A stretch of DNA of 64,000 nucleotides, taken from contig CAVYBU010000002.1 of assembly GCA_963766735.1 (NCBI GenBank), positions 128,001 through 192,000 of the forward strand, read 5' to 3'. Position 1 is the first letter of the stretch; each line of letters opens with the position of its first letter. Source of the stretch: an uncultured Chloroflexia bacterium (lineage in GTDB: Bacteria; Chloroflexota; Limnocylindria; Limnocylindrales; CSP1-4). The notes beneath the pieces are model-generated. The model was given only the letters and a program-made list of their open reading frames with translations. It did not search any database and was not told the origin of the DNA. The position numbers and the translations under genes are program-made. Below, in pieces: positions 56,315-64,000 of this stretch.

Positions 56315-57379
56315 ATGTTTGCGATGCTGAGCGGCCCCTGGCCCCGCGTGCTGACCGACGGAACGGATCTCGCGGCACTCGAGGTGGATGTCGCCGCCGG
56401 GCGGCGATCAGCGGCGGACCTGGAGGCGGCGGTGGAGGCCGTCGTCCGCGAGACCATCGAGGCGCAGGCCGAGGCTGGGATGGGCTTCGTGACAGACGGC
56501 CATGTCCGATGGGCCGATCCGGCGGCCGTGGTGCTCGCTGCGCTCGACGCGGGCGATTCCGGCCCGGATGGGCTGCTGCTGCGGGCGTGGCGGGCGAGCG
56601 GGGTGGCGGCCGCCGCGGCGGTCGGGGACGTTCCCGTCGCGCAGGCGCTGCCCGGGCCGTACACGCTTGGTCGACGTGGGTTCGCGGACCTGTCGCCGAT
56701 CAGCGACGAGCGCCAGGAGCGCACGCTCAGCCTCGCCGGGGCCCTGGCCGGGGATCTGGCGGCTCTCGCAGCGGCCGGCTGCCCCGTCGTGGTCGTCGAA
56801 GAGCCGGCGGCCCTGGAGGTTGGGGCGGATCCGGGGGAGCGAACCCTGTTCGCGGCTGCGCAGCGGCGTCTCCTCGCGGATACCGAGGCGTTCCCGGACC
56901 TGCACCCGATGCTGGCCGTGACCGGCGGCTCGGCGTGGGAGGCCGGCGCCGAGGCCATCTTCGCGGCGCCGTACCGGTCCTTCCTGTTCGACCTGATCGC
57001 CGGCCCCGACAACTGGTACCTCGTCCGGGCCGCCCCACCGGAGCGGGGGATCGTGTGCGGGGCGATGAGCGTCGAGGCGACCGGTGGCGAAGACCAGCTG
57101 CCGACCCTCGTCTGGGCCGCGCGCTATGCAGCCTCCGCCGGTGGCCGGGGGCTGGACCGGATTGGGCTTGCCAACGGGACCCCGCTCGGGGGGCTGGATC
57201 CGACGAGGGCCCGCGAGGCGCTCATGACCCTGGGGCGCGCGGCGGACCTGGCTGTCATGCCGCTCCAGGATGCCGTGAAGGTCGGCCTCGACCCGCGGAC
57301 GGTCGGCAGCCGGACCGCCGCGCTGGGACCGGACGCGCCCCCGCCTCCCCGCTCGCGTCGCCGTCGCGCGGTACCCTGA
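56315..57379 (+). CDS. MetE/UROD-barrel-like protein lacking the Zn ligands
   Basis: GPWPR, QAEAGMGFVTDGHVRW, LPGPYTL and VVEEP match the MetE fold. No HxC or xCG motif. Confidence 0.72.
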   Translation: MFAMLSGPWPRVLTDGTDLAALEVDVAAGRRSAADLEAAVEAVVRETIEAQAEAGMGFVTDGHVRWADPAAVVLAALDAGDSGPDGLLLRAWRASGVAAAAAVGDVPVAQALPGPYTLGRRGFADLSPISDERQERTLSLAGALAGDLAALAAAGCPVVVVEEPAALEVGADPGERTLFAAAQRRLLADTEAFPDLHPMLAVTGGSAWEAGAEAIFAAPYRSFLFDLIAGPDNWYLVRAAPPERGIVCGAMSVEATGGEDQLPTLVWAARYAASAGGRGLDRIGLANGTPLGGLDPTRAREALMTLGRAADLAVMPLQDAVKVGLDPRTVGSRTAALGPDAPPPPRSRRRRAVP

Positions 57380-57540
57380 ACCTGACCCGGAGCCCGTCCT
57401 GCCCCGGAGCCCGCGCGACCCGCTTCGCACCACGGTCCGGTGTCGCACTACAGCCCACCGTCCGGCAGCCGGCACCCACCGTCCGGCGGCCGGCACTTGA
57501 CACCCCGCCCCGTCGCCCAACAGCATCACGAGGTCCACCC

Positions 57541-58797
57541 ATGAGCACGTCCTTCTGGCACGGTTTCGCCGACATGCACGTCGTCAAGGACGCGGAGCTC
57601 GTCATCCGCGAGGGCGAGGGCGTCTGGGTGACGGATGTCGCCGGGAACCGGTATCTCGATGCCACCGCCGGCCTCTGGTACGCGAACGTGGGCTTTGGCC
57701 GCGGCGAGATCGCGGATGCCGTCGCGAGCCAGATTCGTCGGATCTCGGCGTACTCCTCCTTCGGTGGCTACACCACCGAACCCACCGTGCAGCTGGCGGC
57801 GAGGATCGCGGCCATGGCGCCGGTCGAGGACGCAGCGGTCTTCTTCACCTCCGGCGGCTCCGAGTCGATCGAGACGGCCGGCAAGCTCGCCCGGCGCTAC
57901 TGGGACGTGCTGGGCCGGCCCGAGAAGCGGGTGATCGTCGCACGCCAGCACGCCTACCACGGCATGGCGGCGTTCGGGACCTCGCTGGGTGGAATCCCGC
58001 TCAACAGCGCCGGCTACGGGACGCTGGTCGGCGACGTGGTCCACGTCGGCGCGCATGACCTCGACGCGCTCGAGACGCTGTTCGCGGCGCGTTCCGCGGA
58101 GATCGCGGCGTTCATCGCGGAACCCGTCATCGGCGCCGGAGGCGTGATCCCGCCCGAGGACGGCTACTTCGCCGGTGTCCAGCAGCTGTGCCGCCAGTTC
58201 GACATCCTGCTCATCGCCGACGAGGTCATCACCGGCTTCGGTCGGACCGGGCACTGGTGGGGGAGCCAGCGGTACGGGATCGAGCCCGACATGATCACCT
58301 TCGCCAAGGGAGTCACCTCCGGGTACGTGCCGCTGGGCGGCGTGGTCGCCGGGCCGCGCGTGCGGGCCCCGTTCTGGGACGAGCCCGTCCCGGGGGCGAT
58401 CTTCCGCCACGGATACACCTACTCCGGACACGCGACCGCGTGCGCCGCGGCGATGGCCAACCTCGACATCATCGAGCGCGAGGACCTGGTGGGGCGCGTC
58501 CGAACCTTGGAGCCCGTTCTCGCGGCAGCGCTGGGTCGCCTCGCCGGAAGCCCGATCGTCGGGGAGATCCGGACGGTCGGTCTGACCGGCGCCGTGCAGC
58601 TCAGCGACGAGGTGCTCGCGGCGAACCCCGGCACGATCGACGCGGTGGTGGCGGCCAGCCGGCGCAACGGCGTGCTCACGCGGGCCGTCCGTGGCGGCGC
58701 GTTCCAGATCTCGCCCGCGTTCACCATCACGGAGACCGAGATCGACACGATGGTGGACGGCTTCGAAGCCGCGCTGCGGGACGTCGCCGCCGGCTGA
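57541..58797 (+). CDS. Class III aminotransferase (omega-amino acid/putrescine type)
   Basis: YLDATAGLW, FTSGGSES, AYHG, ADEVITGFGRTG, FAKGVTSGY and HGYTYSGH motifs. Confidence 0.93.
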   Translation: MSTSFWHGFADMHVVKDAELVIREGEGVWVTDVAGNRYLDATAGLWYANVGFGRGEIADAVASQIRRISAYSSFGGYTTEPTVQLAARIAAMAPVEDAAVFFTSGGSESIETAGKLARRYWDVLGRPEKRVIVARQHAYHGMAAFGTSLGGIPLNSAGYGTLVGDVVHVGAHDLDALETLFAARSAEIAAFIAEPVIGAGGVIPPEDGYFAGVQQLCRQFDILLIADEVITGFGRTGHWWGSQRYGIEPDMITFAKGVTSGYVPLGGVVAGPRVRAPFWDEPVPGAIFRHGYTYSGHATACAAAMANLDIIEREDLVGRVRTLEPVLAAALGRLAGSPIVGEIRTVGLTGAVQLSDEVLAANPGTIDAVVAASRRNGVLTRAVRGGAFQISPAFTITETEIDTMVDGFEAALRDVAAG

Positions 58798-59596
58798 GCA
58801 ACGCCGCGGCGTCCGCGTAGTCGGCGTAGGCGGGCGCGGATCGGGCACCCTGCAAGGCCGACGCGGCCAGCGCGAGGCCCCGGTGCGGGGCGAGGTCGCT
58901 GACGACGAGGGCCCGACGGCCGTCGAACGGCGCCGCCGGACCGGAGAGCCACGCCGCGAAGGCCCGAGCGCTACCGGGGAATGCCGCGGCGAGTAGCTCG
59001 CGATGCTCGCGCAGGCGCGTTGCGATGGAAGCCGTGTCGAGGCAGACCACCGCGACGACGATCCGCTCTGGCCGCCACCCGAGCCGGCGAGCGACGTACG
59101 GCGCCTCTCGCTCGTACCAGGAAACCTGCCGCTGCAGGCCACCGATGTCGGGAAGGTCGGCCTTGATCTCGATGATCACCAGCGCGGCGTCCTGCTCCCG
59201 GAATGCCACGAGGTCGATCCAGCCGGTCGGAGCACGGGCGCCAGTGGGAACCTCGCTCTCGACGATCCAGCCGGCTCTCCGAAGGCGCCCGGCAAGAGCT
59301 GCCGCGAGGGCCGCATGGACCCGGTCCCGCTGGTCATCGCGATCGCCCAGGTGGCGTCCCTCGACCTCCAGCGTCGAGCGCAGGCCGAGGGCCGCGAGCA
59401 CCCGGTCCAGGGTGTCGAGGTCGAAGGCGCTGGCGTCGCCTCGTTCCATGCGCCAGATCCTGGTCTGCGACGCCTCGGCCCGCCCGGCCAGCTCATCCTG
59501 CGACCAGCCGATCGTCTCACGCGCCTCGCGAATGAGCGATCCGATGACCGACGGCAGGAGGCCCGCTTGGAGCCGGATGCGAGTGACAGGTGCCAT
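58727..59596 (-). CDS. XRE-type HTH fused to a PD-(D/E)xK nuclease-like domain
   Basis: IREARETIGWSQDELA...IWRMERG, then VESEV...GWIDLVAF...VIIEIK. Confidence 0.8.
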   Translation of the reverse strand: MAPVTRIRLQAGLLPSVIGSLIREARETIGWSQDELAGRAEASQTRIWRMERGDASAFDLDTLDRVLAALGLRSTLEVEGRHLGDRDDQRDRVHAALAAALAGRLRRAGWIVESEVPTGARAPTGWIDLVAFREQDAALVIIEIKADLPDIGGLQRQVSWYEREAPYVARRLGWRPERIVVAVVCLDTASIATRLREHRELLAAAFPGSARAFAAWLSGPAAPFDGRRALVVSDLAPHRGLALAASALQGARSAPAYADYADAAALLSRRRRPAARLRSRPPSCRSRSP

Positions 59597-59735
59597 GGCG
59601 CGGTTGATAGCAGGCTGGGCTTGACTGCGACTTGTGGCCCACCTCGCTGGCCCCGCGATCTCGCCCCGCGATTGCTCCGCGCCCCCGCGTTCTCGCCCCC
59701 GCGTTCTCGCCCCCCAACCCGGCCCAACTCACGCC

Positions 59736-59827
59736 GTGAGTGAGATCTGGTACTACTCCGCAGGGAACCGCCCGCGAAGGGCGCATTCGGCCAGTCTTGC
59801 GCGGCGATAGACCCCGATCTGACGCAC
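59736..59827. repeat. Imperfect inverted repeat (REP-like palindrome) upstream of the HTH-nuclease gene
   Basis: GTGAGTGAGATCTGGTACTACTCCGC versus the reverse complement of the right arm, GTGCGTCAGATCGGGGTCTATCGCCGC. Confidence 0.6.
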
Positions 59828-59897
59828 CCGGTGAGTCGGAGCACCTGGATGGGATCGGCGCCCGAGGGCCCAGCGGTCCGGTGTAGCATCGGCCTCC

Positions 59898-60979
59898 ATG
59901 GGATCAGACCAGCCCGCCCCCACCCCTGCGCCCACGCTCACCCCCGCCGCCGCCAGGCCGCACAGGCCGCCCCGACGCTCACCCCCGCCCCCCCGCCGCC
60001 GCAACAGCCGCAACAGCCGCAACAGCCGCTGCCGCGGACCGGACCCAGTCCCGCGCGGACCGCCCGGAACAGACACGTTCCATCGAGGGCCTCACGGAAG
60101 CCTTCCGGGGTCACGGCTACATCGCCGAGCGCTCCCTGGCCACCACCGTGTTCCTGGCCCTGGAGCTCGGGCGCCCGCTCCTCCTCGAGGGCGAGGCCGG
60201 CGTCGGCAAGACGGAGCTGGCGAAGGTCCTGGCGAAGAGCCTCAACACCAGGCTCATCCGCCTCCAGTGCTACGAGGGCCTGGACGTCAACACCGCGGTC
60301 TACGAGTGGAACTACCCGCGCCAGATGCTGGAGATCCGACTGCTCGAGGCTCGCGGCGAGATCGACAAGGCGTCGGCCCACGACATCTTCAGCTCCGAGT
60401 TCCTTCTCAAGCGCCCCCTGCTCCAGGCCCTGGAGGCCACCGATGGCGAGGCGCCGGTCCTGCTGATCGACGAGATCGACCGGGCGGACGAGGAGTTCGA
60501 GGCCTACCTGCTGGAGATCCTCGTCCGACTTCCAGGTCACGGTCCCGGAGATCGGCACCATCCGCGCCGCCAAGGCCCCCCGCGTCGTCCTGACGAGCAA
60601 CCGGACCCGCGAGGTCCACGATGCCCTCAAGCGGCGCTGCCTCTACCACTGGATCGACTACCCGACCGCGACGAAGGAGTTCGAGATCGTCGCCATGCGC
60701 GTGCCGGACGCGCCCGCGACGCTCGCCCGCGAGGTGGTGGACTTCGTCCACCGGCTGCGCACCGCGGACCTGACCAAGGTCCCGGGCGTCGCGGAGACGC
60801 TCGACTGGGCGGCCGCCCTGCTCAGCCTGGGCGCCACGGAGCTGACCGGCGACGTCGTGGACGAGACGCTGGGCGTCGTCCTCAAGTACGAGGAGGACAT
60901 CCGCCAGGTGCGCGGGGCCACGGCACGCCGGTATCTCGCCGAGACCAGCACCGGCGGCGACACCGGCGCGGGCAGTTGA
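59898..60979 (+). CDS. coxD: MoxR-family AAA+ ATPase, CoxD-like, frameshifted (about 59950-60000 and 60523)
   Basis: LEGEAGVGKTE, RLQCYEGLD, YEWNY and LIDEIDRADEEFEA. After removing G60523 it continues SDFQVTVPEIG...TSNRTREVHDALKRRC...PGVAETLDW. Confidence 0.88.
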
Positions 60980-60981
60980 GC

Positions 60982-61242
60982 ATGTCGCACGTCGACCTCC
61001 ACTGCCACACGTCTGCGAGCTTCGATGGGGTCGCGTCACCCGAGGCCGTCGTCGCGCGCGCCGTGGAGCGCGGCCTGACCCACCTGGCGATCACCGATCA
61101 CGACACGATCCAGGGTGCCCTGCGCGCCGTGGATGCGGCGCCCGAAGGCCTGCACGTGATCATCGGCTCCGAGGTGACCATGCGATGGGCGCGGACGCCG
61201 CCCATGGTGCGGCGCCGTACGAGGCGCGGTCCTTCTGCCTGA
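60982..61242 (+). pseudogene. Truncated PHP-domain phosphoesterase (N-terminal third only)
   Basis: VDLHCHTSASFDG...AITDHD...GSEVT, after which similarity stops. Confidence 0.7.
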
Positions 61243-61305
61243 ACCCCGATCGAGTGCAGGCCCCGGTAGACCCGCGCTCGCGGCCATCCACCGTATGGTT
61301 GGCGC

Positions 61306-61704
61306 ATGTCGATCCGGTCGGGACTCCTCGCCTGGCTGCCGGTGCTCGCCTGGGCGGGGCTCATCTTCGCGTTCTCGGCCCAGTCGGACCTCCGCTTCCT
61401 GGAGGACCAGGGGCTGGACTTCGTCGTGCGCAAGGTCGGCCACGCCGGGGTCTTCGGGATCCTCGCGCTGCTCGTCTGGCGCGCGCTGGGGATGACCACG
61501 GAGTGGCGCCAGCCGCGGACATGGGCGGTGGCGCTGGGGCTGACCGCCGGCTACGCGATCACCGATGAGCTGCACCAGGGGTTCGTGGCGGGTCGCTATC
61601 CATCGCCCGTGGACGTGGGGATCGACATCCTCGGCGCGCTGATCGCCATCGGGATCGTTCTCGTCATCGCCGGCCGCCGGGGGCGCGCCTCGCGGCACGC
61701 GTAG
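61306..61704 (+). CDS. VanZ family membrane protein
   Basis: RKVGHAGVFGIL and YAITDELHQGFVAGR...DVGID motifs. Confidence 0.9.
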   Translation: MSIRSGLLAWLPVLAWAGLIFAFSAQSDLRFLEDQGLDFVVRKVGHAGVFGILALLVWRALGMTTEWRQPRTWAVALGLTAGYAITDELHQGFVAGRYPSPVDVGIDILGALIAIGIVLVIAGRRGRASRHA

Positions 61705-61835
61705 CTGGTTGGCGCCTGGGTCACGAGTCAGGCACCCGCGGGCATTCGTTGTGCCGAGAGCGTCGTGCCATCGGAGGTCAGGTCGCCTCGAGCGCGCGGC
61801 CGGCTGCCCCACGCCGAGGGGCTAGTCTGTACGCG

Positions 61836-63245
61836 ATGTGCTCAGACGCCGCGCCCCCCATCCTGGTAGCGCCCACCGGCGAGTCGGTCGATGGGCGCCG
61901 GCTGCTCGCGGAGGCGGTCGGTTTCGGGCGGGCGCTGCGACTGGCCGGGCTCCAGGTGGACCTCGGCGCCGCCATCGACTTCGCCCGCGCGCTGGGCCTG
62001 GTGGACCTGGGCCGGCGTGACCAGGTGCGGGACGCCGGGGCGGCCGTGTTCGTGCGGCGGCGTGACGACCGCGAGATCTACGACCGGGTCTTCGATCGCT
62101 TCTGGCGCCGCCGCGGCCGCTCGTTGCCCGAGGGTCGTCCCGACACGCCGACCTCCCCGGACGCGGACCGCGACGAAGGCGAGCCCGGCACTGCCGACGA
62201 GGCGGGCGAGGGCGGCGAGGCGACGATGTCCGAGCTGGCAACGCTCGGCGTCCAGGTCATCGAGGACGCAGAGGAGGGCGCGGAGCTCGACGGCGAGAAG
62301 ATGTCGCCCGACGCGTACTCGCGCGGCGAGCTGCTCCGCCACCGCGACTTCGACAGGATGTCGGCCGCCGAGCTGCGTGATGCGGAGCGGTTCGTGGACC
62401 TGCTGCGACCGAAGCTCGAGCGCCGCCGCACCCGCCGCCACGAGCTCCACCCGCACGGCCGGCGCCTGGCGGCCCGCGCGATGTTCCGTCGAAATCTGGC
62501 CACGGGCGAGCTGACCCAGTGGGTCTGGAAGCGGCAGATCAGGGAGCCGCGCCAGCTCGTGGTCCTGTGCGACATCTCGGGCTCCATGGAGCGCCACTCG
62601 CGACTGCTCCTGCGGTTCGTCCAGGCGCTGGCCCGCACGAACGAGGTCCGGACCGAGTCCTTCGTGTTCGGGACGCGGCTGACGCGGGTCACGCGCGTGA
62701 TGAAGGACCGCGATCGGGACCGCGCGCTTGCCAGGGTGGCCGACACCGTGACGGACTGGGCCGGCGGGACGCGGATAGGGGAGTCGTTCAGGCAGTTCAA
62801 CCGCCAGTGGGCGCGCCGGACGCTGCGGTCCTCGGGCGTCGTCATCGTGGTGTCGGACGGCTGGGACCGGGGAGACCCGGCGCTCGTCGCTGCCGAGACC
62901 GCGCGCCTGCGCCGGAACTGCCACCGGCTGGTCTGGCTCAATCCGCTGGCATCCGCCCCCGGGTACCAGCCACTGGCCGCCGGGATGAAGGCCGCCTACC
63001 CGTTCATCGACGACTTCCTGCCGGCGGGGACGCTCGCCAGCCTCGAGCGCCTGGGCGAGGTGCTGGCCGGAGCGTCTCAGGGGACGGTCCGTCGGGGCAC
63101 GGCCGTCACGCACGCCACCACCGTCACCCCGTCGATGGGTCTGGTTGCGCCGGACGCCGCACCGCCCCGCCAGCTCGAGCCGCCGGGCCTTGCCGCCGAC
63201 CGCGCCCGACCGCTGACGGCGGACCGCGCGCGATCCCGCGCCTGA
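61836..63245 (+). CDS. coxE: VWA-domain CoxE-like protein
   Basis: LCDISGSMERHS MIDAS, FVFGTRLT, WAGGTRIG, VSDGWDRG and WLNPL motifs. Confidence 0.9.
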   Translation: MCSDAAPPILVAPTGESVDGRRLLAEAVGFGRALRLAGLQVDLGAAIDFARALGLVDLGRRDQVRDAGAAVFVRRRDDREIYDRVFDRFWRRRGRSLPEGRPDTPTSPDADRDEGEPGTADEAGEGGEATMSELATLGVQVIEDAEEGAELDGEKMSPDAYSRGELLRHRDFDRMSAAELRDAERFVDLLRPKLERRRTRRHELHPHGRRLAARAMFRRNLATGELTQWVWKRQIREPRQLVVLCDISGSMERHSRLLLRFVQALARTNEVRTESFVFGTRLTRVTRVMKDRDRDRALARVADTVTDWAGGTRIGESFRQFNRQWARRTLRSSGVVIVVSDGWDRGDPALVAAETARLRRNCHRLVWLNPLASAPGYQPLAAGMKAAYPFIDDFLPAGTLASLERLGEVLAGASQGTVRRGTAVTHATTVTPSMGLVAPDAAPPRQLEPPGLAADRARPLTADRARSRA

Positions 63246-63267
63246 CCCCGGACCGGAGGAAGCCACG

Positions 63268-64000
63268 ATGCGCGAGTTGCTGGACACCCTGGACGGATGG
63301 CGCGCCGGGGCGGCCGACGTGGGCGTGGGCCGGGCGATTGTCGTCCGCGCGTTCGGCAGCGCACCGCGGCCGGAAGGCGCCGTCCTGCTCGTCACCGACG
63401 ATGGCCGGATCGCGGGCTCCGTCTCGGGTGGCTGCGTGGAAGGCGCCGCGGCCGAGGAGATCCTTGCCGCCCGCCGGACCGGCCGGGAGCGCGTGATCCG
63501 CTACGGGATCAGCGACGAGGAGGCCTGGGACGTGGGGCTGGCGTGCGGCGGGACCATCGACGTGCTTGTCTCGCCCGGGATCCCGCCCTCCGCGGAGCTG
63601 GCCGCGCGCGAGACGCGCGAGGGGCGCGGCGATGGACGCGTGATCGTGACCCGGCTCCCCGCGGATTCGCCGCCCGCGACGTTCGGGGCACACGCGCCGG
63701 GGCAGGGGAGCGAGCCGGAGGCCCCCCTGGTCCTGCACGACGACGGCCGCCTGGACGGGACGCTGGGCGATGCGGCGGCCGACGCGGAGCTTGCCGAGGC
63801 GGGTCGAGTGGCGCTGGCGAAGGGCGTCTCGCGGACGATCGTGATCGGCGGGCGCCAGCTCTTCCTGGAGGCGTACCCGGTGCGCCCGCGGCTGGTCGTG
63901 GTGGGCGCGGTGGAGGTTGCGAGGACGCTCGTCCGCCTGGCGAAGGAGCTGGGCTACGAGACGGTCGTCATCGACGGGCGCGCGGCGTTCGCGACGGCGG
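63268..64000 (+). CDS. XdhC/CoxI (CoxF) family molybdoenzyme accessory protein, runs off the window
   Basis: Manual translation: GSAPRPEGA...IAGSVSGGCVEGA...AWDVGLACGGTIDV...RLVVVGA. GGAGG SD upstream. Confidence 0.92.
   Translation, partial: MRELLDTLDGWRAGAADVGVGRAIVVRAFGSAPRPEGAVLLVTDDGRIAGSVSGGCVEGAAAEEILAARRTGRERVIRYGISDEEAWDVGLACGGTIDVLVSPGIPPSAELAARETREGRGDGRVIVTRLPADSPPATFGAHAPGQGSEPEAPLVLHDDGRLDGTLGDAAADAELAEAGRVALAKGVSRTIVIGGRQLFLEAYPVRPRLVVVGAVEVARTLVRLAKELGYETVVIDGRAAFATA

Noticed and set aside
57456-57497. Duplicated CACCGTCCGGC(A/G)GCCGGCAC upstream of the aminotransferase promoter
   Set aside because: Two GC-rich copies next to TTGACA could be an operator or a local duplication. 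No cognate regulator is nearby and the evidence is too thin.
60148-61242. 364-aa AAA-PHP fusion ORF
   Set aside because: Artefact of the 60523 frameshift. CoxD ends at 60979 and the PHP fragment starts at 60982.

Overview
High-GC bacterial chromosome segment. Gene content and style suggest a soil or freshwater Chloroflexota such as Limnocylindria, but that is an inference. It holds about 60 CDS and tRNA-Lys(CTT). I found no CRISPR array, rRNA, transposase or prophage. Main blocks: acyl-CoA/B12-mutase metabolism (an isobutyryl-CoA-mutase-type large subunit, plus a separate small subunit-meaB-hbd cluster and a thiolase); an ECF sigma factor coupled to an Ogt-Ada(Zn) fusion; a group 1 [NiFe]-hydrogenase operon with a hepta-heme cytochrome c; a MacAB-like ABC exporter with an OmpR/histidine kinase pair; PyrR-controlled carAB; CopC with an unusual membrane partner; an M16 peptidase pair; an ECF/anti-sigma pair beside a His/Asp-repeat secreted protein; and coxD/coxE/xdhC-type accessory genes. 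Most interesting points: (1) the hydrogenase large subunit keeps all four metal cysteines but has lost the proton-gate Glu, the canopy Asp and the CO/CN pocket Val-Pro; (2) a possible alkylation-sensing sigma/anti-sigma-Ogt-Ada switch; (3) about 20 genes with a TAnnnT -10 box 6-9 nt before the start codon, implying leaderless mRNAs, including a 21-bp bidirectional promoter; (4) an unannotated 6S-like structured RNA. Several single-base frameshifts suggest sequencing errors, so single-base oddities need caution.
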